In this document: piece by piece, positions 28,083 to 37,573 of the stretch
Position numbering within the stretch: position 1 is the first letter of the stretch
Layout: every line of letters begins with the position of its first letter
Source of the DNA: an uncultured archaeon
Lineage (GTDB): Archaea; Thermoplasmatota; Penumbrarchaeia; JASLWR01
Assembly: GCA_964342815.1 (NCBI GenBank)
Contig: CAYFHS010000001.1
Span: 32,001-96,000 of the forward strand
Direction of reading: 5' to 3'
DNA: 64,000 bases
Notes under the pieces: generated by a model
The model's database searches: none
What the model was told of the DNA's origin: nothing
Seen by the model: the letters and a program-made list of their open reading frames with translations, nothing else
Made by a program: the position numbers and the translations under genes

Positions 28083-31000
28083 CTAGCCATCACTATCCTT
28101 TCCAACCCTCCCCAACTCATCCACCGCACCACCTTCTATCTTCTCCTCACCCGTACCCTCCTTCCTTCTGACCAATATCACTCCCCCAATCACTACGAGC
28201 ATCAACACTGCACCCAAAATTATCACTAGCCACCATACCGTACCGTCCCTTTCTTCCACTATTTTCTCCGCTTCCCATCGATCTCCGTCATCGGGATAAG
28301 CGTCGTCCACGTTCGCTACCCCGTCTCCGTCTCTGTCTGGGTCCAGGGAATCGGGTATGCCGTCTCGGTCGATGTCCTGTGGGACCGATAAATTATTCCG
28401 GGGATCCGTACCGACTTGCGTCTCAATGGTGTCATTCCAGCCGTCACCATCTGAATCTAATGGGGTCTGGTTGTTATAATTGTATTCTACATACATTGTT
28501 AGTAAATCCTCGTTCGTAGGAATTCTACAATCCTGGTTTCCATCAGTTGCGATAAAATAATATCCATGAAATCCCTCGGGCAAATTTAGAGAATATTCGT
28601 ATCTAATTCCATCCGAAAAATTAAACCGCTTGGGATCATCCTTAATCATTGAATACCAGAAATTACCAATTATCAAACTAATATTCGCCGGGGGATCATT
28701 ATCAACATCCATGTAATGCACGTAGAATGTGAAATTCATGGACGTATCTCCATTATTTGGTGTGACATTCCCATCATACAAGATTGGCGGATCGTTGACG
28801 TTCCATACGCGAAGCAGGAACTCGCTGTAGCCCCAACCGTCATTTCCATCTGAAACAGTGATATTGACCATATAGATACCTACATCGTCATTCGTTGGTG
28901 TTCCATTCAATATGCCAGTATTGGAATTTATCGACAGCCATGTAGCATTCGTCATAAGGGACCATGAAATCAACCCCTGCCCATCATCAGTTGAATTGTA
29001 TTCGTTATAGTATACCTCATCCTGATATATTTCAACGATATTTCGAGTGGTAATAATAGGAGGTGTATTCAATACATCGAAAATGAAATTGAAAAAGTCT
29101 TCACCGTCGTTACCGTCATCTATAGAAACGTTTATGTTATACTTTCCCACATCGTGATTCGTTGGATGACCGAATAGAACTCCAGATGTCGAATTCTGGC
29201 TTAACCAATCTGCATTTGTATCAAGATCCCATGTAGTGCTCCCCTCGCCCTCATCGGTTGAGTTTAGGTCTAAAAATAATTCTTCATCCTCATAAACGTA
29301 ATACCTGTCGGGTAAAAAGATTTCGGGGGATGTATTATTAACAACAATAGTGAAATTTATCTCATCCCAATAAATAATACCTTGAACATGGAGATTGACC
29401 CAATATGTACCCACATGGAGATTGAAAGGGAATCCAACGAGGCTGTTAGTGAATTCATCCCAGAATAACCAGGGCGCATTGGTATTGAGGGTCCACGACT
29501 CAGGTTTCTCTCCTGTAGTATTGAAATGTAGTGAGTAGTTATCATCCTCGCTCAAATATACAATTGTAGGTCTTGTCTCAAGATATATGCCTGGTCTAAT
29601 GCTGAGATTGATTAGTATCGTTAGGTCTTTCATGGATGAAATCTCAACCCAACCCCATCCACTTGCATTGATCCATCTATAGCGGTCGTGGGTGCGGTTG
29701 GCAATGGTAATCTCACCACGGAACTTCCCAGTGTTTTCTCCGCTCTCTAATAATCTCAATCTGAATCGATTATTAGGGTTAGATTTTCCTTTGACCCAGA
29801 CCTGGGCAACATTCTTCCGAGATGGATTTCTATCGTTCGCCCTCAGTTCTAAGAATATCTTGTTACCAGCGTATACGTAGGAAATTTCTTGTGAGTATTC
29901 ATCGTCAGAATAGGCTTTGACAGAGGTGATGGATGTGGGTCGGGAGTTGAGATCCGGAAAGATGAGGTATGTCTGGCCAGCGTCACTACCTCCCTCGTCA
30001 TTTTTGTTTGCTCCAATCAGAATGTCGTCATATCCGTCTCCGTTGACATCGCCCCCACCTGCTACTGAATATCCAGACCAGTCGTATGCGTCTTCTCCCC
30101 AGAATGATGCGTCCGATGCGGATAGATCGGTGTCCATAACCCAGCCGGAGGGCTTGCCTAATATAAGGTATGACTGGCCTGCTCGATAATTATTGTTGCG
30201 GTTTCGATATGCTCCAATCAGAATGTCGTCATATCCGTCCCCATTAACATCTCCCGCACCTGCAACCGAACCTCCAGAACTGTCCCATTGGTCTTCTCCT
30301 AAGAAGGATATGTCTGATGTTGAGACGTCCATATCCATGAACCAGCCAGAAGCTTTGCCGAGTATGAGGTATGTTTTCCCTTTTGACTGACCGAAGCCGG
30401 GAGCTCCAATCAGAATGTCGTCGTATTCATCCCCGTTAACATCACCCCCACTTGCGACTGACCATCCGGAAACACTGCCTATGCCCTTTCCCCAAAAAGA
30501 TGCGTCCGAATCGGAGAGGTTTGTGTCCATGGCCCATCCCGAACCTTTTCCAAAGATGAGGTATGTTTGGCCGGAAGCTAATCCACCACTTTCATCCTCG
30601 TATGCTCCAATCAGAATGTCGTCATATCCATCTCCGTTGACGTCTCCTGCACCTGTGACGGAGCATCCAGAACAGTCGCCTCCGTCCTCCCCTAAAAACG
30701 ATGCGTCTGAATCAGAGAGGCTTGTGTCCATGGCCCAGCCTGAGCTCTTGCCGAATATGAGATATGTCTGACCTGTATAATCACCACCGCTGTTCTCGTC
30801 ACCGAATGCTCCAATCAGAATGTCATCGTATCCATCCCCGTTGACGTCTCCTGCACCTGCGATCGATATCCCCGAATAGTCTTGTTGGTCTTCTCCCCAA
30901 AATGATGCGTCCGAATCAGAGAGGTCGGTGCCCATGGACCACCCGGAAACCTTTCCTAGTATGAGATATGTCTGGCCTGCACGAGAACCACCGTCCTCAT

Positions 31001-31427
31001 CATAGACTGCTCCAATCAGAATATCGTCATATCCGTCTCCGTTGACATCCCCCGCTCCAGCAATCGAGGCTCCAGAGCCGTCATCAGAGTCCTCTCCCAG
31101 AAATGATGCGTCTGAATTGGAGAGGTTTGTGTCCATGGACCACCCGGAAGCTCTGCCGAATATGAGATATGTCTGACCTGAATGATTCCCAGCATCATCG
31201 TCACCGTTTGCTCCGATCAGAATGTCGTCATATCCATCTCCGTTGACATCCCCCGTAACTGCGATCGAGCCCCCGGACCAGTCATCGGCGTTCTCCCCCC
31301 AGAATGATGCATCAACATTCCCGAGATCCTGGTTCATCCCATAATCCAGCGCCTTAGAAGATATTGGAATGAGAAGCATTGAGACTATCATCAGGAATAT
31401 CGTGCCCAAAGCGAATTCTTTTCTCAT
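28083..31427 (-). CDS. Secreted seven-repeat FG-GAP surface protein with cadherin/Ig-like domains, TSP3-like repeat and TM anchor
   Basis: Signal peptide; seven GDVNGDxYDDILIGA repeats; DTNADWLS/DDGNDG cadherin-like motifs; DSDGDG/DRDGDG; TM plus RRK. Confidence 0.9.
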   Translation of the reverse strand: MRKEFALGTIFLMIVSMLLIPISSKALDYGMNQDLGNVDASFWGENADDWSGGSIAVTGDVNGDGYDDILIGANGDDDAGNHSGQTYLIFGRASGWSMDTNLSNSDASFLGEDSDDGSGASIAGAGDVNGDGYDDILIGAVYDEDGGSRAGQTYLILGKVSGWSMGTDLSDSDASFWGEDQQDYSGISIAGAGDVNGDGYDDILIGAFGDENSGGDYTGQTYLIFGKSSGWAMDTSLSDSDASFLGEDGGDCSGCSVTGAGDVNGDGYDDILIGAYEDESGGLASGQTYLIFGKGSGWAMDTNLSDSDASFWGKGIGSVSGWSVASGGDVNGDEYDDILIGAPGFGQSKGKTYLILGKASGWFMDMDVSTSDISFLGEDQWDSSGGSVAGAGDVNGDGYDDILIGAYRNRNNNYRAGQSYLILGKPSGWVMDTDLSASDASFWGEDAYDWSGYSVAGGGDVNGDGYDDILIGANKNDEGGSDAGQTYLIFPDLNSRPTSITSVKAYSDDEYSQEISYVYAGNKIFLELRANDRNPSRKNVAQVWVKGKSNPNNRFRLRLLESGENTGKFRGEITIANRTHDRYRWINASGWGWVEISSMKDLTILINLSIRPGIYLETRPTIVYLSEDDNYSLHFNTTGEKPESWTLNTNAPWLFWDEFTNSLVGFPFNLHVGTYWVNLHVQGIIYWDEINFTIVVNNTSPEIFLPDRYYVYEDEELFLDLNSTDEGEGSTTWDLDTNADWLSQNSTSGVLFGHPTNHDVGKYNINVSIDDGNDGEDFFNFIFDVLNTPPIITTRNIVEIYQDEVYYNEYNSTDDGQGLISWSLMTNATWLSINSNTGILNGTPTNDDVGIYMVNITVSDGNDGWGYSEFLLRVWNVNDPPILYDGNVTPNNGDTSMNFTFYVHYMDVDNDPPANISLIIGNFWYSMIKDDPKRFNFSDGIRYEYSLNLPEGFHGYYFIATDGNQDCRIPTNEDLLTMYVEYNYNNQTPLDSDGDGWNDTIETQVGTDPRNNLSVPQDIDRDGIPDSLDPDRDGDGVANVDDAYPDDGDRWEAEKIVEERDGTVWWLVIILGAVLMLVVIGGVILVRRKEGTGEEKIEGGAVDELGRVGKDSDG

Positions 31428-31575
31428 TATGACTACCTTTTAAAAATAGTTTCTCGACTTTACAATTAATATATGAATTTATAGTTACAATAATAATTAA
31501 ATTTTTGTCCTACATTTTCAATTCTTGGGTTATTGTCGTATCCTTGCTCCATTGCACTTCATTGTCGTTTAGGGA

Positions 31576-31714
31576 ACATAACGGACCGGTCTGTATGCTA
31601 AGTTCTGCGGGTGGGGATAGTATACGGTCGATCCAACAGTACGGTGAGGGAAAATAGGTCGGAAGCCGTAAGAGCGAAAACCGCCAAGTTGTTGGTTATG
31701 CAAAGTCGTTAGGA
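31576..31714. other. Solitary attC-like imperfect palindrome (139 bp)
   Basis: Ends ACATAACG...CGTTAGGA; inner arms tgtatgctaa/ttggttatgca and gcgggt/accgc; imperfect match to the RYYYAAC/GTTRRRY core; no integrase in the window. Confidence 0.35.
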
Positions 31715-31828
31715 GCAAGCTTTTAAGTGCCTCGGTTTGCCATTTGAGTGGAAAAAAGCTCATCTATTCATCAAGAAGTATTTTGAAAGAGGAAACTATT
31801 TAAATTAGTTTCCCTCTATGAAATACTT

Positions 31829-33148
31829 ATGAAGCGAGATGTATTCATTGAAATTATACAGGACTTTAAAGAAAAATCACTCCCGGAATTGGTGGAACGT
31901 GAAACGATACTGAAAAGACCTACCGTAAAAAAAATAATTTCTGTGATCGGGCCTCGCAGAGCAGGTAAAACCTATTATATTTTCAATATTATAAAAAACC
32001 TAATCTCCGAGGGGATCCCGAAAGAGAGGGTGATTTACGTTAACCTTGAAGATGAGCGTTTATTTCCTCTTGAAGTAAAAGATATGGATTTATTTCTCCG
32101 GACCTTCTTTGAAATTCATTCTGTTGATAAAAATGAAGAAATCCATCTTTTTTTAGATGAAGTTCAAAATGTGGATAATTGGGAAGCATTTGTAAGGCGT
32201 ATAATGGACACATACAATATTCAAATATATATAACAGGTTCATCTTCGAAATTGTTATCTAAAGAAATTGCAACTTCATTGAGGGGTAGATCATTATCAA
32301 CAACTATACTACCATTTTCTTTTCGAGAATATTTAAAGGCAGGAAAAATTGAAATAAATAAATTTCTATCTTCATCAAAAAAAGAAAAAATCCGCTCTAA
32401 GCTTTCAATTTTTTTAAAATATGGCAGCTTTCCCGAAATCACCCTCGAAAAGGATAACGATCTAAAGCATAAGATCATTAAAGAATATGTTGAAGTTATG
32501 CTTCTTCAGGATATTATTGAAAGGTATAATATTAAAAATACAAAATTATTGAAAATATTATTTGATGGTATCATATCATCAACTTCAAGTACATTTTCAA
32601 TCCATAAATTCTTTAAATTTCTACGTTCACAAGGTATGAAAATTAGCAAGAATACCCTGTATCAGTATGTTCAATACCTTGAAGATGCCTACGCGATCAT
32701 ATTATTGAGAAGTTTTAATTTTTCAGCTCGTATGGTTGAACAGAGTTTACCGAAGGTCTACCCAATCGATCCCGGTTTCATATTGACACATTCCACTCGT
32801 TTTTCAAGGGACTTGGGGAAGGCTATGGAAAATGTAGTGGCAGTTGAACTTTTCAGGAGAAGATCCGAACAACCCAGTCAAGATATATATTACTGGAAAG
32901 AACAGAATAGCAAAGAAGTGGATTTTGTTATTAAAGAGAATCTGAAAATTACCAAATTAATTCAGGTTTGTTATGACATTGATAATTTCAATACCTACAG
33001 ACGTGAGATTGATTCTATACTCAGATCCAGTGAAATATTGGAATGTAATGATCTGTGTGTTATAACCTGGGATAAGGACGAAATAATTGAGGTAAAGGGT
33101 AAAAAAATAGAATACATCTCGCTCTGGAAATGGCTGATAGCTCATTGA
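31829..33148 (+). CDS. AAA+ ATPase, AAA_14 + DUF4143 family (AT-rich)
   Basis: GPRRAGKT, FLDEVQ, ITGSSS, SLRGR, GSFPE, KVYPIDPG, MENVV, EVDF; visibly more AT-rich than its neighbours. Confidence 0.9.
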   Translation: MKRDVFIEIIQDFKEKSLPELVERETILKRPTVKKIISVIGPRRAGKTYYIFNIIKNLISEGIPKERVIYVNLEDERLFPLEVKDMDLFLRTFFEIHSVDKNEEIHLFLDEVQNVDNWEAFVRRIMDTYNIQIYITGSSSKLLSKEIATSLRGRSLSTTILPFSFREYLKAGKIEINKFLSSSKKEKIRSKLSIFLKYGSFPEITLEKDNDLKHKIIKEYVEVMLLQDIIERYNIKNTKLLKILFDGIISSTSSTFSIHKFFKFLRSQGMKISKNTLYQYVQYLEDAYAIILLRSFNFSARMVEQSLPKVYPIDPGFILTHSTRFSRDLGKAMENVVAVELFRRRSEQPSQDIYYWKEQNSKEVDFVIKENLKITKLIQVCYDIDNFNTYRREIDSILRSSEILECNDLCVITWDKDEIIEVKGKKIEYISLWKWLIAH

Positions 33149-33365
33149 TTGTTATTTTCTTGTATATTCACGCTTCATCAGTCATCGTCGAAAAATCTTC
33201 TTCAATCTTCCGATCGTGAAATTGAATTTTAATCCCAAGTCATGTATCAAAATTCGCCATAACACTTTGGTTTCCGAGTGTACCCTTTTGACAAAATACC
33301 ACATTACCAATATCTCCTTCCCACCAGTTACCAGCCAACATAGAAATAAAATATCTGAATTACCC

Positions 33366-35570
33366 ATGGCTACCATGCAGGAATTGATCTCAAAATTTCT
33401 GAAAATAATCGCGGATCGGATATCCCGCCACAGAATTCTCTATATTATCATAGTGGTATTGATAACCGCGGCCCTCATCTATCCTCTTTTACAGATAAAG
33501 TTCAACGCCGATATGGATGTTTTTTCACCGGATGAGCCCGTGGTAGTGGCAAAAAAATATGTGGAAGATAATTTTCTATCCGAAAAAGTGATATTAATAA
33601 TCGCAATTCCTACTTCAGGCAGGGTCAACGATACGGAATTTCTGGGTGATCTAATAGAAACGGGGGATTGGATCGAGGTTAATGAAATAATTGAAAATAC
33701 GTTTTCCATTGCGGATTATATCGAAATAGTATTAAATATGTCGAATCTGACGATGTCCGAATGTCCACTCGAGATGCTCGATTCTTTACTGTATCAGGCC
33801 ACAATGGATCGGAATGTTTCCGGACTCTTTACTTCGGAGGCGGCCCTTATAATGGTCAGTCCTTCGGATTCCTCGGATGAGGGCGAATTGAGCGAGTTTC
33901 TGCGGAAGGATGTCCGTGATACTCAAAATGTTCAATACAAAATTCTTGCCGGGTTCGATGAGGATCTGAACGATGGGGCAATACGAAGTCTTTACCTGTT
34001 CCCCGTAACCATTGCCCTCATCATCGCCGTGCTGTATCTCAGTCTCAGACGCTGGTTCGATGTGGTTCTGACAATGTTTGCTATTCCGGTCGTATTGATT
34101 TGGACCTTCGGAATCTCCGTTATCGTGGGACTTGAGATCACCATCCTGGGTATGGCTGTGCCATTTATAGTGCTTGCCCTGGGTATCGATTACGCCATTC
34201 ATTCCATGAACCGCTATACCGAGGAGAAGGAGCGGGGATTGTCTGGCGAAAAAGCAGCGGGCACGACCATAAAATACCTAGGTGTGGCGCTTCTACTCTC
34301 CTCCATAACCACGGTGGCGGCGTATCTGTCCAATGCTGCGTCATCCATACCCGCAGTTGTGGATTTCGGGATAATGGTGGGAATCGGGATCACCAGCTCA
34401 TTTCTGATAATGGGTCTCCTTTTACCGGTTGTCCGATCACTTTTCGGCAAGGGTAACATCGGGAAAAAACGAGCCGATCCCGTAGGAACAATATGGAAAA
34501 AACTGAGCCGGAAACTAGGTCGCTTGTTCAATAAACCACGGAACGCCGCAATTGTCCTTGCCTTCATTTTGATAATTACAGCCATATCCGCTTCCATGGC
34601 CTTGAAATTGGACTCGGAATTCGAGCCCGACGATATTCTTCCCGAAGACTCCGAATGGTTGGATGCACAGAGAACATTGGTCGAGCATTTTCCCATAAAC
34701 CTGAATAGTTACCAGGTCCTGATAACGGGAGATATCGCCAATCCCGAAACATTGAGGGCCATCGAATCGGTGACCCTGAACAACCAGGTCAGTGATTCGC
34801 TAGTGCACCATTTAACAAACTGGTCATCTCTCGACAGTGAAGGTATTGCCGAGTTATTGGACCAAATATTCATTGAAGATCCGTCCATGGGCCATGTGCT
34901 CCATAAGGACGGAAACGTATACGATGCAACGGTGATCTGGTTGGATGGTGCCCATGAGAACGATATCGATCTTACGTCTCTCGAAGGCGTAAAGGGGATC
35001 GATTTCATCATTACCGGGGAAAAACTCACGGGCGATCTGGTGGTGGATGAACTTTCGTCGTCGATGCTGACCTCGCTTTTTATTTCCATCATTGTCTGCG
35101 CAGTGGTGGTATCTCTCGTTTATCTCTCCCCCAGGATCGGAATTATTACTTTGCTGCCTGTCAGCATAGTTACAGTTTGGCTATTATCGGCCATGCGGAT
35201 CTTGGGTTTTTCTCTGAATGTTGTTACGATAATAATTGCAGTCACATCCATCGGAGTGGGCATTGATTATTCCATCCATATCACTCACAGCTTTCTCAGT
35301 GAAAGGGCGAAAAATATCGTAAGACAGAAAGCGATTATCAACTCACTCGGTCGCAGCGGGATCTCGCTTGTGGGAGCGGCTCTCACCACCTCGCTGGGTT
35401 TTCTTGTTTTGGCATTTGCTCCGATGAAAGGGTTTATGGCTTTTGGTATCCTCACCCCAATAATGATCATTTTCAGTCTTTTCGGAGCGATTCTTGTATT
35501 GCCGCCGTTACTGCTGTTATCGGACCGGCTCCCGTACATTAAGAATATTCTGGGTCGACGTAATAGATAA
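33366..35570 (+). CDS. RND/MMPL family transporter
   Basis: Two repeats of 1+5 TM; LGIDYAIH and VGIDYSIH motifs; start likely ATG 33366 or 33375. Confidence 0.88.
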   Translation: MATMQELISKFLKIIADRISRHRILYIIIVVLITAALIYPLLQIKFNADMDVFSPDEPVVVAKKYVEDNFLSEKVILIIAIPTSGRVNDTEFLGDLIETGDWIEVNEIIENTFSIADYIEIVLNMSNLTMSECPLEMLDSLLYQATMDRNVSGLFTSEAALIMVSPSDSSDEGELSEFLRKDVRDTQNVQYKILAGFDEDLNDGAIRSLYLFPVTIALIIAVLYLSLRRWFDVVLTMFAIPVVLIWTFGISVIVGLEITILGMAVPFIVLALGIDYAIHSMNRYTEEKERGLSGEKAAGTTIKYLGVALLLSSITTVAAYLSNAASSIPAVVDFGIMVGIGITSSFLIMGLLLPVVRSLFGKGNIGKKRADPVGTIWKKLSRKLGRLFNKPRNAAIVLAFILIITAISASMALKLDSEFEPDDILPEDSEWLDAQRTLVEHFPINLNSYQVLITGDIANPETLRAIESVTLNNQVSDSLVHHLTNWSSLDSEGIAELLDQIFIEDPSMGHVLHKDGNVYDATVIWLDGAHENDIDLTSLEGVKGIDFIITGEKLTGDLVVDELSSSMLTSLFISIIVCAVVVSLVYLSPRIGIITLLPVSIVTVWLLSAMRILGFSLNVVTIIIAVTSIGVGIDYSIHITHSFLSERAKNIVRQKAIINSLGRSGISLVGAALTTSLGFLVLAFAPMKGFMAFGILTPIMIIFSLFGAILVLPPLLLLSDRLPYIKNILGRRNR

Positions 35571-35654
35571 GATAATAATTATACTCCACATTGCAGAATT
35601 GAAGCCCAAAGCGATTCCGTGTTCCGCTGCTTGCCTATAAAAACTTCTTTTCCT

Positions 35655-35948
35655 TCATTTTGCAAGAGTAAAAAGGCGGTGGTCCTCTTCCACATCGAAT
35701 AATCCCAGGCGAGCGCCGGCGTCAAGCCACCCGTGAGCGTAATTTATCGCTGCAAAAGCGTTCACGTAGTCGTCGTTATCGTAGAAATGATTCGCATCGC
35801 TGTAGTACCTACCAGCCATATCGAAAAAATCCTTTGCCACCTCAGAAATATGAGAGCTGCCCGGGGCGATTATGGCGGCTTTCTCCATGGCAAGGCGCGT
35901 AATATCGAGGTATTTGAGTATCTTTTCCTTGCTAATAACATCTTTCAT
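35655..35948 (-). CDS. DUF357 domain protein (archaeal)
   Basis: MAGRYYSDANHF...DYVNAFAAINYAHGWLDAGARLGLF. Confidence 0.88.
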   Translation of the reverse strand: MKDVISKEKILKYLDITRLAMEKAAIIAPGSSHISEVAKDFFDMAGRYYSDANHFYDNDDYVNAFAAINYAHGWLDAGARLGLFDVEEDHRLFTLAK

Positions 35949-36012
35949 TGTATCTCACCAGTTCGACGAGCTAAAAGCCAGCCTACTCGGCACTTGCCAT
36001 TTTCCGGATGTA

Positions 36013-36774
36013 CTATTCTTTGTCGAAAACGAATCTCCACAGAACAGCAGCAAGCACTCCGCCAATAATGGGCGCCAGCAGGAATAACCACAACTGCGAA
36101 AGGGTTTCTCCTCCCACGAACACGGCCGGTCCGAGACTGCGTGCCGGATTTACCGAAGTCCCGGTTATTGGTATCCCGATAAGATGAATCACAACGAGGG
36201 AGAAGCCTATGGCGACACCGGCGAATCCCTTTGGCGCTCCCTTGCTGGTTGCCCCGAAGATAACGAATAGAAATAATGCCGTGAGAACCACCTCGGCGGT
36301 GAAGGCCGAAACCACCGAATAACCTCCGAAATTATCCGGACCAAAGCCATTTTGGCCTAGGCCGTTCTCTGCAAGTGAATAACCGTCCCTCCCGCTTGCT
36401 ATGGCATACAAGGTTCCTGCTGCAATGATCGCTCCTATGCACTGGAATAGTATATACATCACAGCGTCCCTTGATTTTATCTTGCCCGCAACCAGCATGG
36501 AGAGTGTTATGGCAGGATTGATGTGACAGCCAGAGATGTTCCCTATGGCATAGACCATCATCATGACGGTCAAACCGAAAGCAAATGATATGCCCAGATA
36601 ACCAATTTGTCCACCCATATTAAAGGAATTCATGGCGATATTTTCAGCGGAGAGGTTTCCCGACAGGGTGATACTGCTCTTTCCGGCTATCACGGCACTG
36701 CCGCAACCTATCAGGACCAGTGCGAAGGTCCCGATCATTTCAGCTACGTACTTGCTCATATTATTCTTTTCCAT
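36013..36774 (-). CDS. aqpZ: Aquaporin Z-like MIP channel
   Basis: ISGCHINPA and TSVNPARSLGPA motifs; AEMIGTF. Start moved to ATG 36774. Confidence 0.9.
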   Translation of the reverse strand: MEKNNMSKYVAEMIGTFALVLIGCGSAVIAGKSSITLSGNLSAENIAMNSFNMGGQIGYLGISFAFGLTVMMMVYAIGNISGCHINPAITLSMLVAGKIKSRDAVMYILFQCIGAIIAAGTLYAIASGRDGYSLAENGLGQNGFGPDNFGGYSVVSAFTAEVVLTALFLFVIFGATSKGAPKGFAGVAIGFSLVVIHLIGIPITGTSVNPARSLGPAVFVGGETLSQLWLFLLAPIIGGVLAAVLWRFVFDKE

Positions 36775-36992
36775 TTCATTGACCCCCAATCTTGTGGGCG
36801 TGTCATTTCTGGGAGATTTGAATGACTTAAAGAGACAAATAACGAACTTATATTCAATATTTTTCATATTTTGGCTGGATTATCTTTTTTTCGGAGACTC
36901 GAGACTATGGTTCGTGAATAAAACGGAACTTCGATCTCCAACATCAATCCACCTACCTCATATCGTCAAATTGCATCATATTGTCTATGGTG

Positions 36993-37016
36993 AAAAGCTT
37001 GATGCATCAAGGTTTT
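36993..37016. promoter_or_regulatory. 24-bp near-perfect palindrome, candidate operator
   Basis: aaaagcttgatg|catcaaggtttt, arms match at 11 of 12 positions; lies between the divergent aqpZ and parvulin genes. Confidence 0.4.
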
Positions 37017-37032
37017 TAGCTTGACGATGTTC

Positions 37033-37144
37033 GCGGAATCGCGGGCCTGTAGGCTTACCGGCCGAAGGCTCAGCAGAGCCGTAGGGTCTGCGGAGCGAAG
37101 TGGGAGCCCGAAGGAAAAAGTATGTTTCCGAGGGCCGATTCTGC
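37033..37144. other. GC-rich structured intergenic element
   Basis: Closing stem gcggaatcg/cgattctgc with internal hairpins; contains tgcggagcgaagtggg, also present with one change at 54333-54348. Confidence 0.4.
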
Positions 37145-37195
37145 ACAATAAAATTGAATTATTATATGTACCCTAACGTTGAGCGGTGTGAGAAC

Positions 37196-37477
37196 ATGGC
37201 AAAACAGATACGAGCTAGTCATATACTGGTTGAAGATGAGAAATTGGCAAACAAACTCTATGAGCGGATCAACAAGGGAGCGGATTTCCCTTCACTCGCA
37301 AAGAAACATTCCAAGTGCCCTTCGGGAAAAAAGGGGGGCGATCTGGGATATTTCCGCAAGGGACAGATGGTTCCGGAATTCGAGAAGGCCGCTTTCGAGC
37401 TTGATATGAACGGTCTAACAAAGCCAGTGAAGACCAAGTTCGGTTATCATCTGATAAAGCTTACGGGAAAAAGATAG
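37196..37477 (+). CDS. ppiC: Single-domain parvulin-type peptidyl-prolyl isomerase (PpiC-like)
   Basis: [50 protein letters not shown]. Start moved to ATG 37196 (GGTG SD, TATA-like ttatatgta upstream). Confidence 0.92.
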   Translation: MAKQIRASHILVEDEKLANKLYERINKGADFPSLAKKHSKCPSGKKGGDLGYFRKGQMVPEFEKAAFELDMNGLTKPVKTKFGYHLIKLTGKR

Positions 37478-37573
37478 ATTAGACTCGTCAAGATCAATTG
37501 TCAGTCTTCGAAGTTTTTGATATCACGGGTTTCCACTGCATAGATGAATTGACCGAGAATTTATATTAAATTT

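Noticed and set aside
29960-31330. Possible DGR template/variable repeat pair among near-identical repeats
   Set aside because: Differences are not adenine-specific, all copies are in-frame domain repeats, and there is no reverse transcriptase gene.
33216-37195. Long upstream extensions in the ORF track (33216, 36867, 37100; likewise 6505, 13357, 58731)
   Set aside because: The extensions are not protein-like and run through promoter regions; downstream starts with SD sites fit the family N-termini.
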